DNA from: an uncultured Ardenticatenaceae bacterium
GTDB taxonomy: Bacteria > Chloroflexota > Anaerolineae > Promineifilales > Promineifilaceae
Direction: 5' to 3'
DNA length: 64,000 nt
Assembly (NCBI GenBank): GCA_964389925.1
Contig: CAYMGE010000002.1
Coordinates: 47,729 to 111,728 of the forward strand
Made by a program: the position numbers and the translations under genes. Positions 38,320 through 50,579 of the stretch are shown here, one piece after another. The notes beneath the pieces were generated by a model. The model was not told the DNA's origin. It made no database searches and saw only the letters and a program-made list of their open reading frames with translations. Within the stretch, counting starts at the first letter, position 1; every line of letters starts with the position of its first letter.

Positions 38320-39498
38320 TCACCAAACACGGCAAAGTAGCCCTTTCAAATAAAACGACTCTGGAAATGTCAGCAAAACGGGATGGTCGGGTGCTTGCGT
38401 CAACTGCTGGATGATTTGGGCGTTACGCCCGCTGTCGATGACTGCCCCGAAGACGATCTTTTGATAGAGATCGGCCGAGACTAACCCCGAACAGCTAAAC
38501 GTTGCCAAAATACCATTTTTACGCAAAAGTTGGAACGCCAATAAGTTGATGTCCTTATACCCACGTGCTGCACGTCTCAAATCACGCTGGCTGTTCACAA
38601 ACTTCGGTGGATCAAGCACAATCACGTCAAATTTTTGCCCTTCATCTCGATAGTAGCGCAGGAGGTCGAAGGCATCGGCCGCAATAAACTCCCCCTCTAA
38701 TCCATTGCGCTCAAAATTGCGCTCCGCCAGCTCCAATACTTCAACTGAGCTATCTACATTCACAACGGACGTTGCCGCCGCGGCTGCTGCATGAACGCCA
38801 AAACCGCCCGTGTAGCTAAAAACATTGAGCACGTCTTTCCCTTCACACAGTTTTGCAACGATTGCATGATTCTCGCGCTGATCGACGTAGAATCCCGTTT
38901 TATGCCCATCCGACAGGTTCACGCCAAAGCGCAAACCATGTTCCACAACTTCAAGCTCATCAGGCGGCGCATCTCCGCGCAATACGCCCGTCACCTTTCG
39001 CAGCCCTTCCTTACGCCGCACGCTCGCATCTGACCGCTCAACAATCCCGCTTGCCCCCGTCACTGCAATCAGCGCGTCAGCGATCTGCTGTTTCCGCACG
39101 TCGATCCCCAGCGTCAGGCATTGCATGACCAGCCACTCACCATACTGATCGACGACCAAACCGGGTAACTTATCTGCTTCCCCGAAAATGAGTCGTATTG
39201 CCGTTGCGTCGATATTTAGTTGCTTGCGGCGTTCGGCCGCTGCTTCAATCCGCGACAGCCAAAATGCCTCATTAATTGGCTCATCTTGCCACGTCAACAA
39301 ACGCACGCGAATTTGGGAGTTTTTGTTAAAGTAACCAACAGCGAGCGGTTGATTGTCATTTGATAAAACGCGCACAAGATCGCCATTTTTGACCTCCCCA
39401 TCAACCCGCGCAATCGCGCCCGAAAATATCCAAGGATGCCCCTGTCGCACAGGTTTGTCTTTTTTCTTTTTTAGAACGACTTTTCCACTTATCTTCAA
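38320..39498 (-). CDS. rlmI: PUA-domain class I SAM-dependent rRNA (cytosine-C5) methyltransferase, RlmI-like
   Basis: 392 aa. QGHPWIFSGAI at the N-terminus, FSYTGGFG motif I, VIVLDPPKF, TFSCSG catalytic Cys block. Confidence 0.8.
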   Translation of the reverse strand: MKISGKVVLKKKKDKPVRQGHPWIFSGAIARVDGEVKNGDLVRVLSNDNQPLAVGYFNKNSQIRVRLLTWQDEPINEAFWLSRIEAAAERRKQLNIDATAIRLIFGEADKLPGLVVDQYGEWLVMQCLTLGIDVRKQQIADALIAVTGASGIVERSDASVRRKEGLRKVTGVLRGDAPPDELEVVEHGLRFGVNLSDGHKTGFYVDQRENHAIVAKLCEGKDVLNVFSYTGGFGVHAAAAAATSVVNVDSSVEVLELAERNFERNGLEGEFIAADAFDLLRYYRDEGQKFDVIVLDPPKFVNSQRDLRRAARGYKDINLLAFQLLRKNGILATFSCSGLVSADLYQKIVFGAVIDSGRNAQIIQQLTQAPDHPVLLTFPESFYLKGLLCRVW

Positions 39499-39501
39499 AA
39501 T

Positions 39502-40290
39502 TTACTCCACTACCACCCCAACCAACTCTCCAACTGTCTCTCGCCAATCAAACCCGACATCCGCACCCCGCAACCACACCAAAAACTCGATGTTCCCATC
39601 CGAGCCTTCAATTGAACTGTGCGTTAATCCTGCTGGAAACAGGTCGTTTTTGATGCACCAGTCCAGAATATCTTCCAGAACTGCCCGGTGCACCGCTGGC
39701 TCGCGCACAATGCCACCGCTCCCCACCTGTTTTCTCCCCGCCTCAAACTGTGGCTTTATCAGCGCAACGATGTCAAACGAGTCGGTCAGCCACTTTTGCA
39801 CGGCTGGCAAAATCAGCTTTAGTGAGATGAATGACGTGTCGATTGCGACAAACTCAACGGGTTCGCCCAATGTCTCTAAGTAGCGTGCGTTTGTGCGCTC
39901 AATCACAATAACACGATTATCTGAGCGCAATTTCCAATCAAGTTGCCCATAGCCAACGTCAATCGCATGAACCCGCGCCGCGCCATTTTGCAACATGACA
40001 TCGGTGAATCCACCGGTACATGCCCCGACATCCGCACAGATTGCGCCTGACAGATCGATGCCAAATTTTTCTAGCGCACCTGCCAGTTTGTAGCCGCCGC
40101 GACTGACGTAAGGCATTTGGTTGATTAGTTGTAGGCGGGCATCGGCCGAAATCCGCATCCCCGCCTTCGTCACCACTTCTTCGTTAACCCGCACCTCGCC
40201 TGCCATCACGTAAGCCTGCGCCTTTGCTCGCGTTGCCACCAGCCCACGCTCAACAAGTAATTTGTCTAGTCTCTCTTTCCGCTTTGCCAT
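39502..40290 (-). CDS. tlyA: TlyA-family rRNA 2'-O-methyltransferase (S4 + FtsJ-like domains)
   Basis: 262 aa. RLDKLLVERGLVATRAKAQAYVMAG S4 block, DVGACTGGFTDVML SAM motif. Confidence 0.88.
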   Translation of the reverse strand: MAKRKERLDKLLVERGLVATRAKAQAYVMAGEVRVNEEVVTKAGMRISADARLQLINQMPYVSRGGYKLAGALEKFGIDLSGAICADVGACTGGFTDVMLQNGAARVHAIDVGYGQLDWKLRSDNRVIVIERTNARYLETLGEPVEFVAIDTSFISLKLILPAVQKWLTDSFDIVALIKPQFEAGRKQVGSGGIVREPAVHRAVLEDILDWCIKNDLFPAGLTHSSIEGSDGNIEFLVWLRGADVGFDWRETVGELVGVVVE

Positions 40291-40363
40291 CTGTGAAGTG
40301 TACTACGAATTTGGATTTTGTCTGTGCAAGCCGTATGATGGGAATTTGTGTGAATGGCTCCCA

Positions 40364-41047
40364 TTAAGTTTCAGGTGTTGAAAATAAGCTAACCAGCCTT
40401 GCGACCACAAACGTCAAATACAAAACACCAAGCAACGCCTGTAGCTGCGTCACCGCCCGCGCCCACGGACTAAGCGGTATGACATCCCCAAATCCCACTG
40501 TTGTTAACACGCTAGTGCTGTAATAAATCAGTGTTTGCCATGGAAATGTTTCACCAACTTGCGTAACGTTATCTGAAAAAGCGTGGTGTCCACCCGTTTG
40601 CATAAATGTAATCGTTTCAATCGAATCGTATATAGGCATGAAAATGGAGCCAATCAGCAGATAAACGGCAGAGGCAGCCAATAAGACACCTGTTGTGATG
40701 CTTTCTGCTTTGAGAATATAAACGGATAGCATTGCCACAAGCCCAAATTGAAAAATCGTTACAATGAGGTAGCCTACTAGCAGCGGCCAGCTTGCACTGG
40801 GGAGGAAGAACGAAATTACAGCGGTCACACCCCACAAGGCACCCAAACCCATCAATGCGTGTCGAATCTTTCGATAATCGCGTGCAGAGAGAATGCCTAG
40901 CACCATTTGCGCTACAGCGAGTAGCTGGTAGAGCAGGATCATGTTTGGCAGGCTCCGCCCATCGACTGCCCCAATATAGGTTATCGGCCACAAAGTTTGT
41001 ACGAGGAGAATGAAAAGAAACAGATAGGGTAGGGCGCGTTCGTCCAT
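40364..41047 (-). CDS. Potassium-channel-like ion transport protein
   Basis: 227 aa, about 6 TM helices, pore/selectivity filter TTVGFGDV. No RCK domain. Confidence 0.8.
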   Translation of the reverse strand: MDERALPYLFLFILLVQTLWPITYIGAVDGRSLPNMILLYQLLAVAQMVLGILSARDYRKIRHALMGLGALWGVTAVISFFLPSASWPLLVGYLIVTIFQFGLVAMLSVYILKAESITTGVLLAASAVYLLIGSIFMPIYDSIETITFMQTGGHHAFSDNVTQVGETFPWQTLIYYSTSVLTTVGFGDVIPLSPWARAVTQLQALLGVLYLTFVVARLVSLFSTPET

Positions 41048-41087
41048 TACTAGATACTCAACTTCTAAAGTCAGGGGTATTGTTAAA

Positions 41088-42281
41088 CTAGTTTATATCA
41101 CCGACTATTGTATTGGGAATAAACTCACAAAACGAAAATCGCATCAAATAGGGGTGCAAAAATGAGCGGTCAATCGTCGGACAATCAAGCCCTTCCTCCG
41201 TTAAAATAGCCGCCGTCTTGCAAGCATCGAATACAGGTTTGGGCTTGAACATGTAGATCGGCGCACGTAGTAAGTGGCGCAAAACTGACCAGAGCTTTTT
41301 ATCCCGCTCTGCCCGCCCTCGCTGTTTAATCGCCACGACCCATTCACTGTAGGGAACCTCTTTGAGAGGATAACCATTCTCACAGATGGCGTGCCAAAAG
41401 GTGCGCCACTCGGTCTGCTGCGGATTGCAGATGTGAAAAATTTGCCCAGACAGATGAGATTGTTGTGAAAGGGAGATAATGGCGCGGCTGGCGAAATCGA
41501 CGGGGATCAGGTTGAGGGCGGTTTCGGCCGATGGAAAAGCCCCCAACTGTACACAAGCTTGCACAATCGTCCCCAGCAAATCCCCAAACTGTGTCATGAT
41601 TCCCGTTTGGCTATGCCCCCAAATACGTCCTGCGCGATGAATCGTCACAGGCAGCCCGCGCCTGTGAGCCATGCGAACCAACTCCTCCGCGACCCATTTG
41701 CTCTGCTTATAGCCGCCGCGCATCGAGCCATCATCCGCGATTGGCTCCTCCTCTGTTACCGTTTTGCCGACATACCGATCACTAAGGTAAACCCCCAATG
41801 TCGAGACAAAGTGAACGGGTTTTGTTTTGTGCTGACTGGCGAGGCGCAACACTTCTTGCGTTCCCAAAACGTTGCTTGGTTTTAATCGCGAGTAGGGGTA
41901 CATCGCGTTGACTTGTGCGCCGTTGTGATAGATCACATCGACGCGCTCTGCCAATTCGCCGTAACGGTCGCCCAAGCCTAAGCAAGGCTGGGCTAAGTCA
42001 CCGATGACGGGGAGGATGCGTTCGGCCGATTCCTCACGCCATATCTCATAAAATTGCAGCTTGCGCTTGAGCCGCTCCATCCCGCTTGCCTCATCGTCAC
42101 CGCGAATCAGACAGTAGATGGCGGCATCCGTTGTGCGTAGCAACTCGTCGAGCAGATAGGCTCCGAGAAAGCCCGTTGCGCCCGTCAAAAAAATGTAGGC
42201 AGCTTTTGCTGGTTCTGCTGGTTTTGTAAACTGAATAGAGGGATCGAGCACCGCCTCTGTGTGCAGGTCAATTGAACTCAT
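41088..42281 (-). CDS. Stand-alone thioester-reductase-type SDR (NRPS/PKS terminal reductase homologue)
   Basis: 397 aa. FLTGATGFLGAYLLDELL Rossmann motif, YKQSKWVAE (YxxxK). No attached carrier domain. Confidence 0.85.
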   Translation of the reverse strand: MSSIDLHTEAVLDPSIQFTKPAEPAKAAYIFLTGATGFLGAYLLDELLRTTDAAIYCLIRGDDEASGMERLKRKLQFYEIWREESAERILPVIGDLAQPCLGLGDRYGELAERVDVIYHNGAQVNAMYPYSRLKPSNVLGTQEVLRLASQHKTKPVHFVSTLGVYLSDRYVGKTVTEEEPIADDGSMRGGYKQSKWVAEELVRMAHRRGLPVTIHRAGRIWGHSQTGIMTQFGDLLGTIVQACVQLGAFPSAETALNLIPVDFASRAIISLSQQSHLSGQIFHICNPQQTEWRTFWHAICENGYPLKEVPYSEWVVAIKQRGRAERDKKLWSVLRHLLRAPIYMFKPKPVFDACKTAAILTEEGLDCPTIDRSFLHPYLMRFSFCEFIPNTIVGDIN

Positions 42282-42283
42282 TG

Positions 42284-43891
42284 TTATAATGGCATGTTGC
42301 CGTGCTTTTTGGGGAGGCTGTTGTCCCGCTTGTTGCGAAGCATTTTGAGAGCGCGATGCAGATAATCTCGCGTTTCAGCAGGCTCGATGATGTCATCGAC
42401 ATAACCATATTCGGCCGCCACAAATGGATTGGCGAACGTCTGGCGATAGTCGGCGGTGAGGGCTGTTTTTGTGGCGACCGGATCGGCCGATTGTGCCAAC
42501 TCACGCCGAAAAATGATGTTGACTGCACCATCTGGCCCCATCACGGCGAGTTCGGCCGAAGGCCATGCCAGCACCAAATCCGCGCCGATCTGTTTGCAGT
42601 TCATCGTCAAATACGCCCCACCATACGCTTTGCGCGTCACCACCGTGATTTTTGGCACGGTTGCCTCACAAAACGCAAAGAGCAACTTGGCTCCTTCCCG
42701 AATAATGCCGCCCTGCTCTTGGTCAAGACCCGGCATAAAGCCCGGCACATCCTCTAGCACAATCAATGGAATGTTGAACGCATCGCAAAAGCGCACAAAT
42801 CGCGCCCCTTTGCGACTCGCCGCAATGTCAAGCGCACCTGCTAGCACCAGTGGTTGATTGCCGACGATGCCAACAGTTTGCCCATTCATACGTGCAAATC
42901 CAACAACAATATTCTCCGCATAGTTGGGCTGAATCTCGTAAAATGACCCCTCATCCGCAAGCAGGGTGATTACTTCTTTGATGTCATACGGCTTGCTTGG
43001 GTTGGCTGGCACAACATTGTTCAGCTTATTGATGGTCGCTTTCGGCACCGTCGCATCCAGCGCGGTCGGCTCCTGCATATTATTGTCGGGCAGATAGCTC
43101 AACAGTTGCCGCGCCTCAAAAATCGCCGCGACATCGTTGGGACACGCCCGATGCGCCACACCGCTCATCTCTGTGTGCGTGCTGGCCCCACCTAACTCCT
43201 CAAACGTCGCCGTCTCGCCTGTCACTGCCTTGACCACGTCTGGCCCTGTGACAAACATCTGGCTTGTTTGCTCAACCATGAAAATAAAGTCGGTCAGGGC
43301 AGGGGAATACACTGCCCCACCTGCACACGGCCCCATGATGAGGCTAATCTGCGGAATCACGCCCGACCCCTTCACGTTGCGAAGAAAAATATCGGCGTAG
43401 CCCCCCAGCCCAACAACCCCCTCCTGAATACGTGCGCCACCGCTGTCGTTGATGCCGATAATCGGTGCGCCGTTTTGCAGAGCCATGTCGAAGACCTTGC
43501 AAATTTTGTCGGCGTGAACGCGGCTGACGCTGCCGCCAAAAACGGTGAAATCTTGACTGTAGACGTAGACTAATCGGCCGTCAACCTCCCCCCAGCCCGT
43601 GACCACGCTATCTCCCATGGCGCGCTTTTTGTCCATGCCAAAGTTGCGTTCCCGATGGCGCACAAACGGGTCAATCTCTTGAAACGTCCCCACGTCGAGC
43701 AAAAGCTCAATGCGCTCACGTGCCGTCAACTGCCCATTCGCACGACGACGAGCGGCGATCTTCTCGTTGCCGTGCGCCTGCGATTCAGCCCGCATTTGCT
43801 TGAGTTTGGTCACACGATTGATGGAGATGCCATGACCATTCACACCATTGTGATGATAGCCATTCTGTGCGGTCTTTGGATTCATTAACAT
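42284..43891 (-). CDS. Acyl-CoA carboxylase carboxyltransferase (beta) subunit, copy 1
   Basis: Start set at the ATG at 43891 (MLMNPK), avoiding overlap with the upstream PKS. Propionyl/methylmalonyl-CoA carboxyltransferase blocks [45 protein letters not shown]. Confidence 0.9.
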   Translation of the reverse strand: MLMNPKTAQNGYHHNGVNGHGISINRVTKLKQMRAESQAHGNEKIAARRRANGQLTARERIELLLDVGTFQEIDPFVRHRERNFGMDKKRAMGDSVVTGWGEVDGRLVYVYSQDFTVFGGSVSRVHADKICKVFDMALQNGAPIIGINDSGGARIQEGVVGLGGYADIFLRNVKGSGVIPQISLIMGPCAGGAVYSPALTDFIFMVEQTSQMFVTGPDVVKAVTGETATFEELGGASTHTEMSGVAHRACPNDVAAIFEARQLLSYLPDNNMQEPTALDATVPKATINKLNNVVPANPSKPYDIKEVITLLADEGSFYEIQPNYAENIVVGFARMNGQTVGIVGNQPLVLAGALDIAASRKGARFVRFCDAFNIPLIVLEDVPGFMPGLDQEQGGIIREGAKLLFAFCEATVPKITVVTRKAYGGAYLTMNCKQIGADLVLAWPSAELAVMGPDGAVNIIFRRELAQSADPVATKTALTADYRQTFANPFVAAEYGYVDDIIEPAETRDYLHRALKMLRNKRDNSLPKKHGNMPL

Positions 43892-43928
43892 AAGGTTGCT
43901 CTGTCGATTTGCTTGGTTAGACGATACG

Positions 43929-46900
43929 TCAACGGTTTCTAACTTTGGATAGTCGTTTATCAATCCGCCGCTCTGAATCTATAATAAACGCCTCCAATAC
44001 CTGCTCAAACTCGCCAATCATCTTCTGAAATGTCACTTTATCAAACAGCGCAGGCTTATATTCCCACCAGCCCTGCAATGTTCTCTCTTGTTCCCAAATC
44101 ATTAGCCCAACGTCGGGCATTAGTGCCACATCGCCGTTCTGTTCCGATGTGGCTGTCAAGCCGTGCAACTCAAATTTGCTCGGCGCACTCGGCAAAAAGC
44201 TGACAAAGGCGCGATGTGGGAGTTCGTGCGGCTTGCGTTCTGGCTGGATCGCTCGAACAGCTTGGGTAAACGGGATGAGCTGATGCGAAATTGCCTCCGC
44301 CATCACGTTGCGAACGTGCGGCAGTAGCTCTTGAAACGGCTGATCCGCATTCATGCGAAGAATTAGCAAGCGGCTAAATTGACCGATTAGTGGCTCAGTT
44401 TCCCAGTGAGTGCGGTTGGCAAATGGGGTTGCAATTGTGATCTCGTCCTGTCCACTCAACTCATGTAGCCATTTTGCCATTGCCGCTTGAATGATGACGA
44501 ACAGCGTAGCACCCGTGCGTCGGGAGAGTAAATGCAGTTGGGTGGTGAGATCGGCCGAAAACTCAAACCACACCCTTTCTCCCACAAGTGTCGGCGTTGC
44601 AGGCCGTGGTCTATCCAACGGCAACGCCAACTGCGGCGGCTCAGTTGCCAACCAATCGCGCCAGTATTCCTGTGTTGTCTCCAACACATCGGGGGTCAAT
44701 GATTGCCGCTGATGATACGCATAGTCGGCGTACTGCAACGGCAGTTCGGGCAGAATGACGGGGTCATTTGTTGCGAAGCCAGCATAGAGCGTTGCGAGTT
44801 CATCGAAAAAGATGGTGAGCGACCACGCATCGGCCGCAATGTGATGTGGCGAGAAGAGCAGATGATGTACATTCTCCTCCAGCTTCACAACCGTCACGCG
44901 CAGCAGCGGCCCATTGTCAAAATCAAACCGTTTCTCCTGCACTTCCTCTCGCACCAACTTTGCCAATCTATCTGCTTGCTCACCTGTCGGCAACTGTGAC
45001 CAATTGAGCTGCTGTATCATTACTGATTCAGGAAGCGTGACCACCTGAACAGGTGCCCCACCAACAGCGGGGAACGTTGTCCGCAAACTCTCATGCCGCT
45101 CGACAAGGGCATCAAAGCTGGCTTGCAATGCTGTCATATCCAACGCGCCGACTAGACGGAAATTGAAAAATGTATTGCTGTTGCCGATGTAGTTGGGATT
45201 CGCATGGTGACGCATCCACATACGCTCTTGTTGTAGCGAAAGGGGAATGGTTTGGTTGCGTGATACAGGGGCAAGGTCGTTTTCGGGGGTGATGATGGGG
45301 ATTTCGGCCGAAATTCCATTCAGCCCCAACGCATCATGCGCCAAATAATTGCTCATCTCAGCGACCGTCGAATGCTCAAACGCCAGCGTTGGTGGCAGTG
45401 AGATTTGCAGGCTGCGCTTAAGTTGTTTGGTCAACTCAATTGACATCAGCGAATCCATCCCTATTTGGAAGAAATCCGCATTCACATCGATTAGTGCCAC
45501 ATCGCCAATTCCTAGCACGCCGGCGACCGTCTCGCGCACATGCTGATTGAGCTGCGCGGCCTGTTCATCCGTGTTTAATAAGGATAGTTGCTCCCAAACA
45601 GGTAACGTTGTTTGCGCCTCATACTGCTCCGCTGTTTGTAACTTCGCATAAAAAGCGGGCGCATCCTGTGTATGGGTGAAGTAGCGCGACCAGTTCATCG
45701 GCGTGACACCGACCTGCACAGCATCTTGACTCAGAAGATGAGAGAATGCCGTCAGCCCAAGCTCTGGCGCGATAAAGCCATACCCGATCTCTGCCAATCG
45801 CTGCTTGACTGGCTCGCTCAACGCTGCCGCCGCACCAATTTCGGCCCAGCCACCCCAGTTGATACTCAACGCTGTCAATCCTTGCGCCCGCCGATAGCGC
45901 ACAAACGAGTCGAGAAACGCATTCGCCGCTGCATGATTGGCCTGACCGACATTGCCCATCACGCCCACCATTGACGAGAACAGCACGAAAAAGTCGAGTT
46001 CATTATCCTTTGTCAACTCATGCAGGTTCAATGTTCCCTGCACTTTGGGAGCTAGCACCGTTTCAAAATTGCCCCAGTTTTGGTTGATGAGTGCGCCATC
46101 ACGCAGTACCCCCGCGCTGTGGACGACCCCTTTGAGCGGGAAGCGATCTTCGATTTGCGAAAGAGCCTTTGTCAGATCAGCCACCTTTGTCACATCCGCT
46201 TGTGCAGTGGTGACAGTTACGCCTTGCTTGGCGAGATTTTCCAACGCATTACGTGCTTCGGCCGATGGCTGACTGCGCCCGATGAGCAACAAATGGCGTG
46301 CGCCGCGCTCGGCTAACTCTTGTGCAACGCTCAACCCCAATCCGCGCAAGCCGCCCGTAATGAGATAGGTGGCGCGTGGGTCACACTCGATTGCGGTTGT
46401 TTCTGGTTTGGTTTGTTGCAATCGTGCCACATAGCGACCATCGGGGCGTAGAGCGATCTGCTCTTCATTTTCAGTAATGGTTGTGATCTCTTCGCAGAGG
46501 GTTGTCATGCTAGTTTCGGCCGAAATATCAACCCGCACACATCCCAACTCTGGATGCTCCAACCCAATCACTTTCCCCATCCCCCACAACGGCGCGTGTG
46601 CAAACCCGCCCACGCTGTCCTGCGCGGCAACCCCCTGAGCCTCTCGCGTCACCAACCATAACCCCGAAATATCAATTTGCGTTTGCGTCAACGTCTGTGT
46701 TAACGTCAACACCGACTGCCCCGTTAAATCAAAAGGCTTGTCATCCAAACTCCACAAATGGACAATTCCCGTTGTGTCGCGCGTAGCGTTGAGAAGTTGG
46801 GCATAGCTTGCCTGATCTTGCCCAACGCAAAATGCCCGTTCGCTAACTTCCTGAAATGTTTCTCCCGCGTAAATAAGTGTGGCTTGATCGCCGCGTTGCC

Positions 46901-49900
46901 GCATCTCGTTCGCCAGTGTCGCTGCGTGGCCTTTTTTGTCGGCAAAGATGAGCCATGATTGTCCTGTCGGCCGAAGTTGGGCAGGCAACGCTTGCGATTC
47001 CCACGAAATCTCATACAGCCAGTCGCGCCATGCGTCTGTGCTTTGGAGGGATTCGGCCGATGCCGCCCGCACCTCAAACCCCTCTATCCCAACCAGCACC
47101 GCCCCCACCTCATCCAAAAGCTGAATGTCCCATTTGTTCTCGTCAATCTGCCGCGTATAGCACCACCACGCAGCGACCTCGTGCGCGGACTGATAGAGAT
47201 GCAGGGCGCTGATCGCAAACGGCAGCTTCGTCTCATTCGCGCTCATCGCGCCAACCGCCTGAAAACACGCATCCAGCAGCGCGGGATGCAGCAAATAGCC
47301 ACTTGTGCGCTTCACTGCGTCGGGGAGGGCGAGCTGTGCGAGGGTTTCATTTTTGGTTCGCCACAATCCCGCCACCCATTGAAATTGTTCCCCAAATGTG
47401 ATCGTCTCATGCCTGTAAAGAGTATTCAGTTCGGCCGTTGCATCTCGACTAATCCGCTCTCGCAACGCTGCAATATCGATCTTCTGACGTGTTTCGGGGC
47501 TAGGATTTCCCGAAACGGCTCCAAGCATATGCGTCGTCGCCTCCCCTGTGGGATCAACAAAGCTAATCACCTTAAATTCCCCATCAGGCGACAAAACCAT
47601 CTGAACCGTGCGCTCTGTTTCTTCGGGCAGCACAAGTGCTTGCGGTAAAACGATGTCGCGCAATGTCTGTGCCGTTTGCTTATTCACCAGATTCGCCGCG
47701 CTCAACGCCAGCGACAAATAGCTCGCGCCCGGCGCAACCACCTCACCAAAAACGCGATGATCTGCCAAAAACGGCACGTCTTCAACGCTAAATGTCATCT
47801 CGAAGATCGTCTCTTTAATCGCGGGTGACTGCACCATCTTGCCAATCAGCGGGCGCAACGCCTCAACATTACGTTTCTTTTTCGGTGTGTCGATCCAGTA
47901 GCGTTGTCGCTGAAACGGGTATGTAGGCAACGTAATTTTTTTGTAGACAAAATCTCCGTCAACTGTCTGCCAATTGACTTCAACCTTACGTTCATACAGC
48001 TTGCCCAAGCTGCCTAATATATATTGAGAAGCGTTCTCTCCTTTCTTCAAACTAGGCAAATAGTCGATCTCAATGTCATCATTAATCGTCTGCCGCGCAA
48101 TTCCTAACAGCGTCGATTGCGGCCCCGCCTCTAGCAAAATGTTCACCTCCAGCTTTTCCAACGTCTGAACCGCATCGCCAAAACGCACTGTGTTCCGTAG
48201 CTGTGACCGCCAGTACGCGGGAGAGGTCAATTCCTCTTTGACGACGCGCCCCGTCATGCTGGACACGACGGGACAGGTTGGGGATGAAAGGGGGATGCGG
48301 CGCACGGCCGACTCAAAGCGAGCCAAAACAGGGTCGAGCATCGGGGAGTGCGCCGCGACGGGAATATCGAGTTTGCGCGTCTTAAATCCTGCCGCGCTAA
48401 GTTTCTCTGTAATCGCTGCGATGCCCGTATGACTGCCGGACAAAACAACCCCTTTTGGGCCGTTGATGACACCAACCGTCACATCGTCAAAATTGGCGAC
48501 ATAAGGGGCGACCTCTGTCTCGGTTGCCAGAATAGAGACCATGCTGCCTTCTGCGCGTTCCATCAACTGCCCGCGCAACGTCACCAGCCGCAACCCGTCC
48601 TCCAGCGCAATCACACCCGCCGTGTACGCCGCCGCATAATCCCCCAAGCTATGTCCCAACACAACATCTGGCTGCACACCCCACGATTTCCACAAATCTG
48701 CCAGCGCACACTCAATCGCGTAATTACTGGCCTGACCAACAGGATGCGATTCAAGCAGCTCATCGTTTTCGGTGTAGATGTAGTCGAGAAGGGACGAGCC
48801 GAACGCCTCCCGAAATGCAACGTCACAGCGATCAAGTCTGTCGCGGAAAAGCGGTTCCGTATCATACAGTTCGCGCCCCATGTTGACGTATTGGGAGCCT
48901 TGACCAGTGAAGAGGAAGGCGGTTTTTGGGGGTGCGTGGTGCGTGGTGCGTGGTGCGTGGAGTTGGGATTTTAGGGTTTCGGCCGAATCCGCCACGAACG
49001 ATGCCCGATAGTCAAAATGGGTGCGCCCGACATGCGAGGTGTAGGCTAAATCTGCCAAGTTCACGTCTGGATTTTCGGCAAGGAAAGTGCGGTATTTTTT
49101 CACATAATCACGTAAGGCGGGTTCGCTTTTTGCGGAGATGGTCAGCAGATGATGGGAGCGGATTGGTGTGTGGTCAGGCTGATTGGCAACGGGTGGAGCC
49201 TCGCCCACGATGACGTGCGCGTTAGTGCCGCTAACGCCAAACGAACTGACACCACCGATACGCTCATCGGCCGACCACTCAATCACGCTCTCTGGCACTT
49301 GCACATTCGCCGTCTCAAAGTCGATCAACGGATTGGGCGTGTTGAGGTGTAGATTGGGTGGAATTTTGCCATGTTGCACCGCCAGCGCGAGCTTCATCAC
49401 ACCCGCAACGCCCGCTGCGAATTCGAGATGACCGATATTCGTCTTGATTGAGCCGACGTAAAGTGGCTCTTCGCGCTTCTTGAACACGCCGCTGAGTGCG
49501 CCAATTTCAATTGGGTCGCCGAGCGGTGTGCCTGTGCCGTGTGCCTCAATGTAAGAAATCTGCGCTGGCTTGAGCCGCGCATCGGTCAGCGCACGCCGAA
49601 TGACACGCTCTTGCGATGGGCCATTTGGCACAGTCAATCCACCGCTGGGGCCATCCTGATTGATCGCCGTTCCGCGAATGGTCGCAATGATGTTGTCACC
49701 TGCTGCCTGTGCATCAGAGAGCCGTTTCAACAAAATCATGCCGCATCCTTCGCCGCGCACGTAGCCATTGGCAGCCGCGTCGAACGTTTTACAGCGAGTA
49801 TCGGCCGAAAGCGCGTTCCCGTTAGTCATCATCGTCGTGATGTCATCATCCAAAATCAGGTTGACACCCCCCGCTAACGCCGCGTCACACTCCCTGTTGC

Positions 49901-50579
49901 GAAGACTCTGACACGCTAAATGCAGCGAGGCTAGCGACGATGAACACGCTGTCTCAATCGAAACACATGGTCCCGTCAGCCCAAACAAGTAGGCGATGCG
50001 CCCTGCTGCTGTGCTGGCTGAGTTGCCTGTGATCGTGTAAAACTCGCGGGTTTGCGAAACTAACTGCTTGAGATATTCGCTGACCCCAATGCCGAGAAAG
50101 ACCCCCGTCTCACTATTATAGAGATCGCTGGGTACAACATTCGCCGCTTCCATCGCCTCCCATGCCGTTTCCAGCAATAGTCGATGTGTCGGATCCATCA
50201 CCACAACCTCACGCGGTGATAGCCCAAAAAAAAGTGGGTCAAATGTGTCTACCTGCTCTAAAAATCCCCCATGTAACCGCACCGACTGGTCGGCACGGTC
50301 GCTAAAGGTCGGCATGTCCGTCTTACGCATTGCGGGTAGTTCGATGATCGCATCCACGCCAGCGAGCAGCATCTCCCAGAATTGGGCAGATGTCTCAACA
50401 CCGCTTGGAAAGCGACATCCCATCCCGACGATTGCAATCGGTTCATGATAGGCGGATAGTTGTTTTTTATACTTCCGGATAACTTTGGCTGATTTTTGCA
50501 GCGCGGCGGTTAGCTGTTGCTCTTTATTAGATGAAGGCATGGCGTTTGTCCCAACAATGTTCAACAAGGTCTGACTCAT
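43929..50579 (-). CDS. Type I PKS with C-terminal NRPS condensation domain (KS-AT-DH-KR-ACP-C)
   Basis: The ORF-track start at 50618 is TTG; in-frame ATGs at 50579 and 50540. KS (ACSSSL, EAHGTGT, NIGH), AT (GHSLG), DH ([11 protein letters not shown]), KR (TGGLRGLG), ACP (GMDSL), C (HHIAADAWS). Confidence 0.95.
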   Translation of the reverse strand: MSQTLLNIVGTNAMPSSNKEQQLTAALQKSAKVIRKYKKQLSAYHEPIAIVGMGCRFPSGVETSAQFWEMLLAGVDAIIELPAMRKTDMPTFSDRADQSVRLHGGFLEQVDTFDPLFFGLSPREVVVMDPTHRLLLETAWEAMEAANVVPSDLYNSETGVFLGIGVSEYLKQLVSQTREFYTITGNSASTAAGRIAYLFGLTGPCVSIETACSSSLASLHLACQSLRNRECDAALAGGVNLILDDDITTMMTNGNALSADTRCKTFDAAANGYVRGEGCGMILLKRLSDAQAAGDNIIATIRGTAINQDGPSGGLTVPNGPSQERVIRRALTDARLKPAQISYIEAHGTGTPLGDPIEIGALSGVFKKREEPLYVGSIKTNIGHLEFAAGVAGVMKLALAVQHGKIPPNLHLNTPNPLIDFETANVQVPESVIEWSADERIGGVSSFGVSGTNAHVIVGEAPPVANQPDHTPIRSHHLLTISAKSEPALRDYVKKYRTFLAENPDVNLADLAYTSHVGRTHFDYRASFVADSAETLKSQLHAPRTTHHAPPKTAFLFTGQGSQYVNMGRELYDTEPLFRDRLDRCDVAFREAFGSSLLDYIYTENDELLESHPVGQASNYAIECALADLWKSWGVQPDVVLGHSLGDYAAAYTAGVIALEDGLRLVTLRGQLMERAEGSMVSILATETEVAPYVANFDDVTVGVINGPKGVVLSGSHTGIAAITEKLSAAGFKTRKLDIPVAAHSPMLDPVLARFESAVRRIPLSSPTCPVVSSMTGRVVKEELTSPAYWRSQLRNTVRFGDAVQTLEKLEVNILLEAGPQSTLLGIARQTINDDIEIDYLPSLKKGENASQYILGSLGKLYERKVEVNWQTVDGDFVYKKITLPTYPFQRQRYWIDTPKKKRNVEALRPLIGKMVQSPAIKETIFEMTFSVEDVPFLADHRVFGEVVAPGASYLSLALSAANLVNKQTAQTLRDIVLPQALVLPEETERTVQMVLSPDGEFKVISFVDPTGEATTHMLGAVSGNPSPETRQKIDIAALRERISRDATAELNTLYRHETITFGEQFQWVAGLWRTKNETLAQLALPDAVKRTSGYLLHPALLDACFQAVGAMSANETKLPFAISALHLYQSAHEVAAWWCYTRQIDENKWDIQLLDEVGAVLVGIEGFEVRAASAESLQSTDAWRDWLYEISWESQALPAQLRPTGQSWLIFADKKGHAATLANEMRQRGDQATLIYAGETFQEVSERAFCVGQDQASYAQLLNATRDTTGIVHLWSLDDKPFDLTGQSVLTLTQTLTQTQIDISGLWLVTREAQGVAAQDSVGGFAHAPLWGMGKVIGLEHPELGCVRVDISAETSMTTLCEEITTITENEEQIALRPDGRYVARLQQTKPETTAIECDPRATYLITGGLRGLGLSVAQELAERGARHLLLIGRSQPSAEARNALENLAKQGVTVTTAQADVTKVADLTKALSQIEDRFPLKGVVHSAGVLRDGALINQNWGNFETVLAPKVQGTLNLHELTKDNELDFFVLFSSMVGVMGNVGQANHAAANAFLDSFVRYRRAQGLTALSINWGGWAEIGAAAALSEPVKQRLAEIGYGFIAPELGLTAFSHLLSQDAVQVGVTPMNWSRYFTHTQDAPAFYAKLQTAEQYEAQTTLPVWEQLSLLNTDEQAAQLNQHVRETVAGVLGIGDVALIDVNADFFQIGMDSLMSIELTKQLKRSLQISLPPTLAFEHSTVAEMSNYLAHDALGLNGISAEIPIITPENDLAPVSRNQTIPLSLQQERMWMRHHANPNYIGNSNTFFNFRLVGALDMTALQASFDALVERHESLRTTFPAVGGAPVQVVTLPESVMIQQLNWSQLPTGEQADRLAKLVREEVQEKRFDFDNGPLLRVTVVKLEENVHHLLFSPHHIAADAWSLTIFFDELATLYAGFATNDPVILPELPLQYADYAYHQRQSLTPDVLETTQEYWRDWLATEPPQLALPLDRPRPATPTLVGERVWFEFSADLTTQLHLLSRRTGATLFVIIQAAMAKWLHELSGQDEITIATPFANRTHWETEPLIGQFSRLLILRMNADQPFQELLPHVRNVMAEAISHQLIPFTQAVRAIQPERKPHELPHRAFVSFLPSAPSKFELHGLTATSEQNGDVALMPDVGLMIWEQERTLQGWWEYKPALFDKVTFQKMIGEFEQVLEAFIIDSERRIDKRLSKVRNR
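48931..48960. repeat. Tandem heptanucleotide repeat (GGTGCGT) x4.3 inside the PKS coding sequence
   Basis: GGTGCGTGGTGCGTGGTGCGTGGTGCGTGG. Read on the minus strand it encodes [11 protein letters not shown] in the KS-AT linker. Confidence 0.9.

Noticed and set aside
46959-48974. 229-aa (46959-47648) and 208-aa (48348-48974) + strand ORFs, and many shorter ones across 43929-50618
   Set aside because: They are antisense to the PKS gene, whose KS/AT/DH/KR/ACP/C motifs define the true frame. No SD sites or recognisable domains.
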